Shown here: piece by piece, positions 55,933 through 64,000 of the stretch
How the letters are laid out: each line of letters begins with the position of its first letter
Position numbering within the stretch: position 1 is the first letter of the stretch
From: an uncultured Victivallales bacterium
GTDB lineage: Bacteria > Verrucomicrobiota > Lentisphaeria > Victivallales > UBA1829
Direction: 5' to 3'
DNA: 64,000 nucleotides
Assembly: GCA_934661375.1 (NCBI GenBank)
Contig: CAKUJH010000004.1
Coordinates: 45,968-109,967, forward strand
The notes under the pieces: model-generated
Databases searched by the model: none
The model's input: the letters and a program-made list of their open reading frames with translations, nothing else
What the model was told of the DNA's origin: nothing
Position numbers and translations under genes: made by a program

Positions 55933-57710
55933 TCAGTGATTCTCCCCTGCTGTTTGGTGAACAGTTCCAGACGCACCGGCGTATTCAGCGGAGCGTAACT
56001 TTCCAGCAGTTTACGCAGAACGCAGGCAAAGATGTAAAAACCGGTTCCGACACAGCAGGTCTCATCCAGAGTCAGCCGGAGTTTCCAGCCGTTTTCAAAA
56101 AAGATGCAGCCTTTCCGGATGAAGCGGAACACTTCCGGCGCACTTTGCAGTTCCGTGATGCCGTCCAGCAGTTTTTCCGTTTCCTCGGTGTTTCGGGGCG
56201 AATAATTCCGGATCAGTTCCTTCAGAATTTTCAGCGGCATGATGTCTGACTGCCACAGCATGGTGGAGAAATGAAGGGTCAGACAGCCGGTCTTTTCCCA
56301 GGCTTCCCTGCTGCCGTCGGCGATCAGCGGCGGTGCCGGATTCCCCGGCGGAACCGCGAATCTGGCTTTCCGGACCGTTTTCGGCAGAACCGCAGTCAGA
56401 ACGGCGTCCCCGCGCAGCAGAAGCGGCAGATCCCGGTTGGAGCAGAGCAGATCCGCCTGAAACTGCATCGGCTGATTCTGGTACTGACGGATCATTTCGC
56501 CTGAAAATGAAAGAAAAACTTCGCTTCCGTGATAGGAACTGCGGCTGTGCCGGTTGTCGCCGAGCAGCCGTTCCCGACGGTGTGCCGCAAAATATTCCCG
56601 GTCGGAACAGTCCGTGAAATCTTCGCAGTTTTCGTACAGATTGCGGACATTCTGAACATTGCGGTTGTTCGCGTCAAACAATTCAACCCGGTTCACCTGC
56701 ATGATTTCGTAATCCAGCGGTGCGGTCCGGTCCGGAACCACCTGAAACTCATGACGGAGTGAAAAAGAGGTTCGTTCCGAGCGTTTGGCAAACAGATTGA
56801 CTGCCGGGACGCAGTTCAGCCGGAAAGTATCATTTTTCAGCAGATGCACCAGTTCCGTATTCCTGCGTCTGAATGTGAATACCAGTTGCAGTTTGCCGTT
56901 TTCCGCCCGCTGCAGCAGTCTGGAAAAATTTTTCAGCAGCACGAATTTCTGTCCGGCGGGGAACGCCATGAAGCGGTAAAGCTGTTCCACTCCTTCCAAT
57001 TGACTGTGCTGTTTCTGCGGGGAAAGAGTCGTGTCATCCAGATCCGGAATGCCAAAAGAGACATCGGCGCATTTCTGCCAGGAAGCTCCTTGCCGGACAT
57101 GGCATCCGGTCAGGTCAATCTGCAGAAGACGCTGAATTTCAGATGCTTCGGCGTCGTTCACATTCAGATGAAGAAGAAGCCCGTCCGGCGTGTCCGGAGA
57201 AATATTCTGCGGATGAACGTCAAATTCCAGGTAAAGACCGGATTCCCCGGTCAGACCATAGGACCCCAGTTCCAGTGTAAGATATTTCGCGGAACCAAGG
57301 GTAATATTGAAGAGCGGCACATCCCACAGCGTGGAAAATGTGCATGGCGTCTGAATGCCCGGTATGTTCGCCTGAAACAGCGATCCGGCGGGCAGCAGAC
57401 AGCCCTGTCCAAAGTCCGGTTCCTGCAATTCCAGTACGCAATGTGAGGGCAGGGGGGCAAGAAGACGGGGCGCAGCCGAAGCCAGCACGGATTCCAGCAG
57501 ACGCGGATTGCCGTCGTCAAATTTCTTCTCCACCCGTGCCGCCAGAAAAGCGGCTCCTTCCAGCAGACGCTCGACATAAGGATCAGGGCATTCGTTCGCG
57601 GAAAGTTCAAGACGCGAGGCAATCTTCGGAAAGTCCTGCGCAAATTCGCTGCCCAGTTCCCGCAGATGTTCCAGATTCGTCTGGTAATACTCTAAAAACG
57701 TCTTCTTCAT
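55920..57710 (-). CDS. tssF: T6SS baseplate protein TssF
   Basis: MKKTFLEYYQTNLEHLRELGSEFAQDFPKIASRL is the canonical TssF N-terminus. I chose the ATG at 57710; the track start at 57728 is a TTG. Confidence 0.9.
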   Translation of the reverse strand: MKKTFLEYYQTNLEHLRELGSEFAQDFPKIASRLELSANECPDPYVERLLEGAAFLAARVEKKFDDGNPRLLESVLASAAPRLLAPLPSHCVLELQEPDFGQGCLLPAGSLFQANIPGIQTPCTFSTLWDVPLFNITLGSAKYLTLELGSYGLTGESGLYLEFDVHPQNISPDTPDGLLLHLNVNDAEASEIQRLLQIDLTGCHVRQGASWQKCADVSFGIPDLDDTTLSPQKQHSQLEGVEQLYRFMAFPAGQKFVLLKNFSRLLQRAENGKLQLVFTFRRRNTELVHLLKNDTFRLNCVPAVNLFAKRSERTSFSLRHEFQVVPDRTAPLDYEIMQVNRVELFDANNRNVQNVRNLYENCEDFTDCSDREYFAAHRRERLLGDNRHSRSSYHGSEVFLSFSGEMIRQYQNQPMQFQADLLCSNRDLPLLLRGDAVLTAVLPKTVRKARFAVPPGNPAPPLIADGSREAWEKTGCLTLHFSTMLWQSDIMPLKILKELIRNYSPRNTEETEKLLDGITELQSAPEVFRFIRKGCIFFENGWKLRLTLDETCCVGTGFYIFACVLRKLLESYAPLNTPVRLELFTKQQGRITEWTM

Positions 57711-57729
57711 CTTATGAACTTGCCTCAAT

Positions 57730-58230
57730 TCATTTCGGTTCGATCGTTGCGCTGCCGGTTTCCAGATTCAGACGGCTGATGAACAGAAATTCTTCCTGCA
57801 GAGGTGTAACGCGGAGTTTGCCGGAAATCTGCAATGCGACTTCCTGCGCAGAACTCTGCTGCTCCGCAAACGAAACGTCCAGTGAATCCGGCTGAATGCG
57901 CGGTTCGAAACAGCGGATCTGAAACAGAATATCTGTCCGGATCCGTTCCAGTGCCGTTTCGTCGTGCGAAAATCCGCAGAAATCCGCCAGACCGAAAGCC
58001 AGCACAGAACTTGCCGCATCGGGATACGGCTGCATTTCCTGTTCCGGCAGGTGCGATCTGGAATTCAGAATCATTTCCAGATTCCGCAGCACATCCTGTT
58101 TCAGCTGTTCCAGAGACAGCACCTGCGGCAGCTTTTCCTTTTTCAGCTGCGGTTCGCTGTCGGTCAGCCGGCTCAGCAGACACGGCGGAAAACGATCCGC
58201 GGACCGCATGGTTGATTTTGCTGAACTCAT
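57730..58230 (-). CDS. tssE: T6SS baseplate protein TssE (gp25-like)
   Basis: 166 aa. The blocks LLSRLTD...LKQDVLRNLEMILNSRS are typical of the GPW/gp25 family. An alternative start lies at 58209. Confidence 0.8.
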   Translation of the reverse strand: MSSAKSTMRSADRFPPCLLSRLTDSEPQLKKEKLPQVLSLEQLKQDVLRNLEMILNSRSHLPEQEMQPYPDAASSVLAFGLADFCGFSHDETALERIRTDILFQIRCFEPRIQPDSLDVSFAEQQSSAQEVALQISGKLRVTPLQEEFLFISRLNLETGSATIEPK

Positions 58231-58245
58231 CTTCTGCTATGGTTC

Positions 58246-58290
58246 AAAACCGGAATCCGCCGTCATGCAGACAGGCGAACCCCGGTTTTT
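58246..58290 (-). terminator. Compound stem-loop just downstream of hcp (possible intra-operon attenuator or RNA-stabilising element)
   Basis: Minus strand: AAAACCGG-ggtt-CGCCtGTC-tgcat-GACGGCG-gatt-CCGGTTTT. It lies between the hcp stop (58306) and the tssE start (58230). Confidence 0.4.
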
Positions 58291-58305
58291 CTGTTGTTTC
58301 CGGAA

Positions 58306-58806
58306 TCAGGAATTGGTAACCTGGTCAAAGCTGGCTTCGACCGCACCATCCAGAGTGTTGTCCGGTTTGACCGGCGTAACTTTCCAGGTGATCTTCTTGG
58401 CGAAGAGTTCCACGTCTTCCACAGCCTGCTGCGCGGCGGAACTGCCGTTGCTGTCCAGCACATCCACCGTATGGACATGCGCTTTGGCAATCTTCACGTT
58501 TTCCAGTTTGACTTCGTACACGACAACCTGTTTTCCGCTGATGGCGCGGCAGGACTGGAATTCCACTTTCGGAATGTCCTTGCCGTTCATGCAGAACTGC
58601 TGGAGTTTCGGAGTTGCCTTGTCGCAGAGATGAGTGAACGCAAACGCTTCAAATTTGCCGCGTCCGCTCACATCCGTTCCGCGTCCCAGATCGACTGACT
58701 GGACGGCACCGTGTGCAAAGCTCTGCACTTCAATCCATTTGGAATGTTTCTTGTCGAGAGATTCACCATCGATTCCGTCAATTTTCAGGAAGAAATCACT
58801 TGCCAT
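58306..58806 (-). CDS. hcp: T6SS inner tube protein Hcp (TssD)
   Basis: MASDFFLKIDGIDGESLDKKHSKWIEVQSF is the canonical Hcp1-family N-terminus. gaggtg RBS. Confidence 0.9.
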   Translation of the reverse strand: MASDFFLKIDGIDGESLDKKHSKWIEVQSFAHGAVQSVDLGRGTDVSGRGKFEAFAFTHLCDKATPKLQQFCMNGKDIPKVEFQSCRAISGKQVVVYEVKLENVKIAKAHVHTVDVLDSNGSSAAQQAVEDVELFAKKITWKVTPVKPDNTLDGAVEASFDQVTNS

Positions 58807-58840
58807 TTTTCACCTCGTGCTTTATATTTTTTATTTCAGG

Positions 58841-58866
58841 CGGCTTCCCCGTCCCCGGGAAAGCCG
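58841..58866 (-). promoter_or_regulatory. 11-bp GC-rich stem-loop in the tssC-hcp intercistronic region
   Basis: Arms 58841-51 and 58856-66 pair, with a 4-nt loop. One position is a G-U wobble in the minus-strand RNA but a C-A mismatch on the plus strand, which favours function in the T6SS transcript. No U-tract follows it on the minus strand. Confidence 0.45.
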
Positions 58867-58882
58867 TTTGCCTCATTCCGGG

Positions 58883-60382
58883 TTATTTCGCACCGCTCGG
58901 AACTTTGGTGGTCAGACGCAGCGACGTGGTCAGACCTTCGAGCTGGTAATGGGGACGCAGGTAGAACCGGGCATTGTAATAGCCGGGCTGTCCTTCCACT
59001 GCTTCCACTTCGACTTTCGCTTCCGCCAGCGGATATTTCGCCTTGACTTCTTCCGAAGCGTTGGGGTCGCTGGTAACATAATTGGCGATCCAGTCGTTCA
59101 GCCACTGCTGCATGTCGGCGCATTCCTTGAACGAACCGATTTTGTCGCGGACAATGCACTTCAGATAATGGGCGAAGCGGCAGGTTGCGAAAATGTAGGG
59201 CAGACGCGCCGAAAGGCTGGCGTTTGCGGTCGCATCCGGGTTGTCGTATTCCTGCGGCTTGTTGACCGTCTGCCCGCCGAGGAACACCGCGTAATCCGTG
59301 TTCTTCCAATAGCAGAGCGGCAGGAAACCGTTCTTGGAGAGTTCGGCTTCGCGGCGGTCCGTGATGGCGATTTCCGTCGGGCATTTCATGGCGACGCCGC
59401 CGTCATCGGTCGGGAAGGTGTGGGTCGGCAGGTTTTCAACTGCACCGCCGGATTCCACACCCCGGATTCTGGCGCACCAGCCGTATTCCGTGAAGGAACG
59501 GTCGATGTTTGCACCCATGGCATATGCGGCATTCATCCAGTTGTATTTGCCGTTGACACCGGCTCCGGTTTCCTCTTCGAAATTGAATTCCTCCACCGGG
59601 TTGGTGGTCGGACCGTAGGGCATCCGGCTCAGGACGCGCGGCAGAGTCAGCGCAACATAACGGCTGTCGTCTGATTCACGGAAACTGCGCCATGCCGCAT
59701 ATTCCGGCGTACTGAAAATCTTGGACAGATCACGCGGATTTGCCAGTTCCAGCCACGAATCCAGATTCATGATGGAAGGAGCAGCTGCGGAAATGAACGG
59801 CGCATGGGCTGCGGCGGCAATCTGGGCGATTCCGCGGAGCATTTCAATGTCCGGCGCAGTCTGGTCAAAATAATAATCGCCGATCAGACAGCCGAACGGT
59901 TCGCCGCCGGCAGTGCCGTATTCCGCTTCGTAGATTTTCTTGAACAGCGGACTCTGATCCCATGCCGTCCCTTTGTATTTTTTCAGGGTTTTGACAATAT
60001 CCTTTTTGGAGATGTTCATGACGCGGATTTTCATGGATTCGCTGGTCTGGGTGTTGTTGACCAGATACGCGAGTCCGCGCCATGCGCTTTCCAGCTGCTG
60101 GAATTCTTCGTTGTGGATAATCAGATTCACCTGTGCGGAAATCTTCTTATCCAGTTCCGCGACAATTCCTTCGATGGTCTTGACGGAATCGCCGGAAACC
60201 AGGCTGGCATTTTCCAGAGCCTGACCGACCAGGGTTTTGACTGCACTCTGAACCGCAGTATTGGCTTCTTCCGATTTCGGTTTGAATTCCTGGCTCAGCA
60301 GTTTTTCGAAATCGGACATTTCAACGGTCGCTGCGTTCAGGACCTCATTCTGTTTCAATGTTTCGGGCATGTTTTTCCTCAT
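58883..60382 (-). CDS. tssC: T6SS contractile sheath large subunit TssC
   Basis: 499 aa with typical VipB/TssC blocks (FEKLLSQEFKPKSEEA, NPRDLSKIF, ALTLPR.L.R.PYG, LRPHYQLEGL). The ATG overlaps the tssB stop as ATGA. Confidence 0.9.
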   Translation of the reverse strand: MRKNMPETLKQNEVLNAATVEMSDFEKLLSQEFKPKSEEANTAVQSAVKTLVGQALENASLVSGDSVKTIEGIVAELDKKISAQVNLIIHNEEFQQLESAWRGLAYLVNNTQTSESMKIRVMNISKKDIVKTLKKYKGTAWDQSPLFKKIYEAEYGTAGGEPFGCLIGDYYFDQTAPDIEMLRGIAQIAAAAHAPFISAAAPSIMNLDSWLELANPRDLSKIFSTPEYAAWRSFRESDDSRYVALTLPRVLSRMPYGPTTNPVEEFNFEEETGAGVNGKYNWMNAAYAMGANIDRSFTEYGWCARIRGVESGGAVENLPTHTFPTDDGGVAMKCPTEIAITDRREAELSKNGFLPLCYWKNTDYAVFLGGQTVNKPQEYDNPDATANASLSARLPYIFATCRFAHYLKCIVRDKIGSFKECADMQQWLNDWIANYVTSDPNASEEVKAKYPLAEAKVEVEAVEGQPGYYNARFYLRPHYQLEGLTTSLRLTTKVPSGAK

Positions 60383-60909
60383 TTCTCTTCCGCTTTGCCG
60401 GCTTCTTCTTTTTCTTTCGCCTTCTGGGAGAGGGCTTTCATGAGCGCGGGGTCTTCCAGAATCTTGTTGATCAGTTCCTCGGCTCCGGATTTGCCGTCCA
60501 TGTACGAAAGAAGGTTGGCAAGCTGTTTCCGGGCTTCCAGCAGCTGTTTGATTCCGTCAACTTTGGAAGCGACTGCCGCCGGCGAAAAATCCTCCATGCT
60601 TTCGAAGGTCATATCCACCGGCAGTTCGCCTTCGCCGCTCATGGCGTTGGGAACCCGGAAAGCGACACGCGGCTTCATGCTTTTGAGCCGTTCATCGAAA
60701 TTGTCGCAGTCAATATCCAGAAAATTCCGGTCTTCCACTTTCGGAAGCGGTTCCGCCGGTTTGCCGGAAAGATCCGCCATGACACCTGTCACAAAAGGAA
60801 GGTTGACTTTCTTTTCCGCTCCGTAAAGCTCAACGTCATATTCAACCTGCACGCGCGGCGCGCGGTTTTTGCCGATGAACTTCTGTCCACTGTTTGAAGA
60901 TTTTGCCAT
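60379..60909 (-). CDS. tssB: T6SS contractile sheath small subunit TssB
   Basis: RAPRVQVEYDVELYGAEKKVNLPFVTGVMADLSG is the canonical VipA/TssB N-terminus. aaggag RBS. Confidence 0.9.
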   Translation of the reverse strand: MAKSSNSGQKFIGKNRAPRVQVEYDVELYGAEKKVNLPFVTGVMADLSGKPAEPLPKVEDRNFLDIDCDNFDERLKSMKPRVAFRVPNAMSGEGELPVDMTFESMEDFSPAAVASKVDGIKQLLEARKQLANLLSYMDGKSGAEELINKILEDPALMKALSQKAKEKEEAGKAEEK

Positions 60910-60938
60910 ATTTCAGCTCCTTTTGGTTGTTTTATTTT

Positions 60939-62018
60939 TCAGGCTTCGTCATTCTGTTCATTCCGGATTCCGAAAATCTCCCGGCCTTTTTCCTGGGCGC
61001 CGGATTCAATTTCCCCCAGCAGATCCAGAAAATTCATATCTGCCATCCGCATCGCCCGGCGTACCAGAAACGGTACGGGACTGGTCGGTTCCGCCTGCTG
61101 GAAATATTCCGCCGCTTTCTGAAGCAGCAGCAGTGCCTCCGCTCGGCTGGATGGTGCAAACTGGGATATATTCACCGCGGCTGACGGCATGGCGGTCTGC
61201 GGACGTGCCGCGGAAGTTTCCGCGGTTCCGGTTTCCGTATCAGCTGCTTCCTGCGGCGCGGCATTTTCAGTCAGACAGCAGGAACTGTAAAAATTCCGGA
61301 GTATTTTCAAATCCGCAAACAGCGCGGCAAAATTCAGCGAGCCTTCTCCGGCATGACTGTCCACCGCCTGAACAATATCCTGCAGTGCGGCATACACCGC
61401 GTCCGCCTGTTCTTTCCGGCTCTGCATCTGTTCACTGGAAACGGCACGCATTTCCGCATGGAACAGCGCGGCGTCGATTTTTCTGCCGTCGACGGCATCC
61501 AGATCACCGGTTACAACCATCAGGTCGCGCAGTGTGTACCGGTTGCTGTCCGTCAGACGCTGGGAACGGAAATGGTTGATGAACATAATCGGATCATTGA
61601 ATGTTCCCGGCGGCGGAGAGAGAATCGACAGAATGTTCAGACGTTCCGTCGGGTCGTTGTCGTCATCCGGGTCGAGCTGCGGATAGAATTCATCCCACAG
61701 ATCCCGCACGAGATACCGCATCAGTTCCAGCCCATCATGGAAACCCTGCAGACCGCGCAATGCGAAACCGGCGAGGGAAAGGTACACCGCGACCCGCAGA
61801 TCACGGGTATTTTTCCAGAGTTCGAGACAGTTTGCCTGAAGTTTTTTCCAGTCCGGATCACGACCTTCAATAATGGAATCGCCCATCTGACTGGGCTGCA
61901 CACCAGTTGCCAGGTTTTCCAGTTCCATGAACAACGGAGAATATTCCTCATTGGTGCCGCATCCGGAATTCGAATCTGACGAAACCGGCAAGCACATTTT
62001 TCTGATGTCAAATTCCAT
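60939..62018 (-). CDS. tssA: T6SS protein TssA (ImpA N-terminal domain family)
   Basis: I chose the ATG at 62018; the track start at 62075 is a TTG. The ImpA_N-like block reads DPDWKKLQANCLELWKNTRDLRVAVYLSLAGFALRGLQGFHDGLELMRYLVRDLWDEFYPQLD. The C-terminal block is SPVPFLVRRAMRMADMNFLDLLGEI. Confidence 0.8.
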   Translation of the reverse strand: MEFDIRKMCLPVSSDSNSGCGTNEEYSPLFMELENLATGVQPSQMGDSIIEGRDPDWKKLQANCLELWKNTRDLRVAVYLSLAGFALRGLQGFHDGLELMRYLVRDLWDEFYPQLDPDDDNDPTERLNILSILSPPPGTFNDPIMFINHFRSQRLTDSNRYTLRDLMVVTGDLDAVDGRKIDAALFHAEMRAVSSEQMQSRKEQADAVYAALQDIVQAVDSHAGEGSLNFAALFADLKILRNFYSSCCLTENAAPQEAADTETGTAETSAARPQTAMPSAAVNISQFAPSSRAEALLLLQKAAEYFQQAEPTSPVPFLVRRAMRMADMNFLDLLGEIESGAQEKGREIFGIRNEQNDEA

Positions 62019-62232
62019 TTCTGTTCCCCACGTCCTGTTTTTCAGCCGGAAAACCGCCAGATTGCGGTATTCCAATCATACCATAACCTGTTTTATATAT
62101 TTTTCAATTCAGTTTTTTACTTTTTTTTCGTTTTTTTTGCAGGAATATCGGGGTACGGAATTTGCCTTGTTCCGCGCATTTACTTTGAAAAACGATCATC
62201 ATAAAAAATAAGCATCTCGTGCAATAAGCGAC

Positions 62233-62260
62233 TTGATTTTTCTTTTTGATGTGATATATT
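62233..62260 (+). promoter_or_regulatory. Candidate sigma70 promoter for the HlyD/ABC operon
   Basis: TTGATT (62233-38), 16 nt of spacer, then TATATT (62255-60), within the AT-rich divergent intergenic region. Weak evidence. Confidence 0.3.
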
Positions 62261-62322
62261 TTAATTTTTGAAAAAAATACCGGAATCACAATTGCAATTC
62301 AATAAAAGAGGGGTGCAGATCA

Positions 62323-63390
62323 ATGAAGAAAAAACTGCCGCTGCTGATTGCAGCAGTCATTATCCTGGGTGCGGGATATTTTATTTACCGGAATTACCGC
62401 GAATCCGAACTGAAAAATCTTGCCGGATTCGTTTCCGGCAACGGGCGTCTGGAAGCAACGGAAGTGAGTATTTCCACAAAACTTGCCGGACGCATCGACG
62501 ATATTCTGGTGGATGAAGGGGATTTTGTCAAACGGGGGCAGCATCTGGCAAAAATGCAGACCAATGTGCTGGAAGCTCAGCTGGCTCAGGCGAAAGCTAA
62601 ACACAGTCAGGCTGTTACGGAAGAATCCAGCGCCCGTGCCATGATTGACGTTCGCCGCAGCGAAGTCGAAGCAGCCAAAGCGGCGGTCCTTCAGAAGGAA
62701 AGCGCTCTGGACGGCGCCCGCAAGCGTTTTGAACGTTCCAAAGAGCTGATCAAAAGCAATGCCACGTCCAAACAGCAGTACGATGATGATGAAACAGCGT
62801 ATCTTTCTGCCAAAGCGGAAGTTACCTCTGCTCGAGCCAGTGTGCGCCAGGCGGAAGCCGCTGTAACGGCGGCACAGGCGGAAGCGGAAGGCGCGAAGGC
62901 GTCCATTCAGGCGGCACAGGCGGATATCGCGCGGATTGAAGCGGATATTGACGACAGTCTGCTGCTGGCTCCGCGTGAAGGCCGCATTCAGTACCGGATT
63001 GCTCAGCCCGGTGAAGTGCTGTCGGCTGGCGGACGGGTGTTGAATCTGGTGGATCTTTCGGATGTCTACATGACCTTTTTCCTGCCGGAAAAAATAGCGG
63101 GAAAAGTCCGGATCGGTTCGGAAGTCCGGCTGATTATGGATGCCGTCCCGAATATCCCGATTCCCGCCACGGTTTCCTATGTGGCGAGTGTGGCGCAGTT
63201 TACACCGAAAACGGTGGAAACCAGCAGCGAACGGGAAAAACTCATGTTCCGGGTCAAAGCCCGCATTGCTCCTGAACTGCTGAAAAAATATATGACACTG
63301 GTCAAAACCGGTATCCCCGGCGTGGCTTGGGTGAAACTTGATCCGGAGGCAAAATGGCCGTCCTTCCTGCAAAACACGAAAATGCCGTGA
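62323..63390 (+). CDS. HlyD-family membrane-fusion (periplasmic adaptor) protein, YbhG-like
   Basis: An N-terminal TM anchor ([16 protein letters not shown]), a lipoyl-like block ([29 protein letters not shown]), a long coiled coil, and the C-terminal block [18 protein letters not shown]. Confidence 0.85.
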   Translation: MKKKLPLLIAAVIILGAGYFIYRNYRESELKNLAGFVSGNGRLEATEVSISTKLAGRIDDILVDEGDFVKRGQHLAKMQTNVLEAQLAQAKAKHSQAVTEESSARAMIDVRRSEVEAAKAAVLQKESALDGARKRFERSKELIKSNATSKQQYDDDETAYLSAKAEVTSARASVRQAEAAVTAAQAEAEGAKASIQAAQADIARIEADIDDSLLLAPREGRIQYRIAQPGEVLSAGGRVLNLVDLSDVYMTFFLPEKIAGKVRIGSEVRLIMDAVPNIPIPATVSYVASVAQFTPKTVETSSEREKLMFRVKARIAPELLKKYMTLVKTGIPGVAWVKLDPEAKWPSFLQNTKMP

Positions 63391-64000
63391 ATACAGCCGA
63401 ACCGGTCGTCCGTATTTCGGACGTCTCGCTGCATTACGGCAAGACGCTTGCCTTGAATCATATCACGGTGGATGTGCAGGCGCGTCAGCTGGTCGGTCTG
63501 ATCGGACCGGACGGCGTGGGTAAATCCAGTCTGCTCTCGCTGATTACCGGCGCTCATGCCATGCAGACGGGCGAAGTGTGGGTGCTGGGCGGCAGTATGC
63601 GGGACAAAACACACCGCAATGAGGTTTGCCCGCGCATTGCCTACATGCCGCAGGGGCTGGGCAAGAATCTGTATTTCACGCTGACTGTGGAGGAGAATCT
63701 TCAGTTTTTTGCGCGTCTGTTCGGACATGATGCGGCTGAACGCCGCCGCCGGATCGACCGTCTTACCAAAAGTACGGGTCTGTATCCTTTCCTGAATCGT
63801 CCGGCGGGCAAACTTTCCGGCGGTATGAAACAGAAACTGGGACTTTGTTGTGCGTTGATTCATGACCCCGATCTGCTGGTTCTGGATGAACCGACTACGG
63901 GGGTGGACCCGCTGGCACGGCGTCAATTCTGGGACCTGATTGCGTCGGTTCGTGCCGAGCAGCCGAACATGGCGGTCATGGTCGCCACTGCATATATGGA
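63354..64000 (+). CDS. ABC-transporter ATP-binding protein (YbhF-like), 5' part, running off the window
   Basis: Not in the ORF track because it has no stop. ATG at 63354 with ggagg 5 nt upstream, overlapping the HlyD gene end. Walker [15 protein letters not shown], signature LSGGMKQKL, Walker B LLVLDEPT. Confidence 0.85.
   Translation, partial: MAVLPAKHENAVNTAEPVVRISDVSLHYGKTLALNHITVDVQARQLVGLIGPDGVGKSSLLSLITGAHAMQTGEVWVLGGSMRDKTHRNEVCPRIAYMPQGLGKNLYFTLTVEENLQFFARLFGHDAAERRRRIDRLTKSTGLYPFLNRPAGKLSGGMKQKLGLCCALIHDPDLLVLDEPTTGVDPLARRQFWDLIASVRAEQPNMAVMVATAYM

Noticed and set aside
3150-62075. N-terminal extensions in the ORF track, with track starts at 3150, 3993, 10251, 15701, 16518, 16932, 19240, 20843, 24566, 31031, 35367, 39479, 45503, 49103, 52260, 54871, 57728 and 62075.
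   Set aside because: Several track starts are TTG or GTG codons translated as M. Internal ATGs have good Shine-Dalgarno sequences, ATGA coupling to the upstream stop, or place a signal peptide or family N-terminus at the true N-terminus. The extensions run through intergenic or promoter sequence.
40321-62075. Whether the T6SS could be a Bacteroidota-type (T6SS-iii) or another non-canonical contractile injection system (eCIS/PVC-like).
   Set aside because: TssJ-, TssL- (DotU) and TssM- (IcmF) like genes and ClpV are all present. No TssN-R-like genes, tail-fibre genes or tape-measure genes are seen. The gene set is T6SS-i-like.
41062-63372. Long ORFs antisense to T6SS genes and to the HlyD gene (41062-43014, 43411-44718, 45169-46311, 47694-48626, 49861-51438, 52037-53749, 55165-55998, 58634-59674, 59804-60826, 61353-61979, 62320-63372).
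   Set aside because: All lie opposite canonical T6SS core genes or the HlyD gene. No motifs are recognisable and the sequences are R/G/F/Q-rich, so I treat them as shadow ORFs.
1-64000. A scan for CRISPR arrays, tRNA or rRNA genes, transposases, integrases, phage genes and long tandem repeats.
   Set aside because: I found no regularly spaced direct repeats, no tRNA-like or rRNA-like segments, and no DDE transposase or tyrosine/serine recombinase motifs in any sizeable ORF. The only dispersed repeats noted are the 32-nt terminator hairpin and the conserved 5' ends of the pseudopilin paralogs.

Overview
This window looks like chromosome from a PVC-superphylum bacterium (Lentisphaerota, Kiritimatiellota or Planctomycetota-like). 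The lineage guess rests on four prepilin-type '[24 protein letters not shown]' genes with a C-terminal DGH motif. It has three parts. (1) Bases 1-40.2 kb hold four glycan-utilisation-type operons. Each is headed by a pseudopilin-like gene, followed by signal-peptide LamG, beta-helix or glycoside-hydrolase-like proteins, and each has its own regulator (two AraR-like GntR/PBP1 hybrids, one LacI, one AraC). Two gene remnants lie here: a GH1 N-terminus and the C-terminus of an ABC ATPase. (2) Bases 40.3-62.0 kb hold a complete 16-gene type VI secretion operon on the minus strand: tssA-tssB-tssC-hcp-tssE-tssF-tssG-clpV-PAAR-vgrG-X-Y-tssJ-tssK-tssL-tssM. X (178 aa) and Y (413 aa) belong to no family I recognise, and VgrG carries a long uncharacterised C-terminal tail. 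(3) Bases 62.3-64.0 kb hold a divergent HlyD/ABC pair resembling ybhG/ybhF, cut by the window edge. I saw no rRNA, tRNA, CRISPR array, transposase or integrase. Many ORF-track entries are antisense shadow ORFs, and several real genes start downstream of the track's TTG/GTG-extended starts. All family assignments are by eye from motifs, with no database search.
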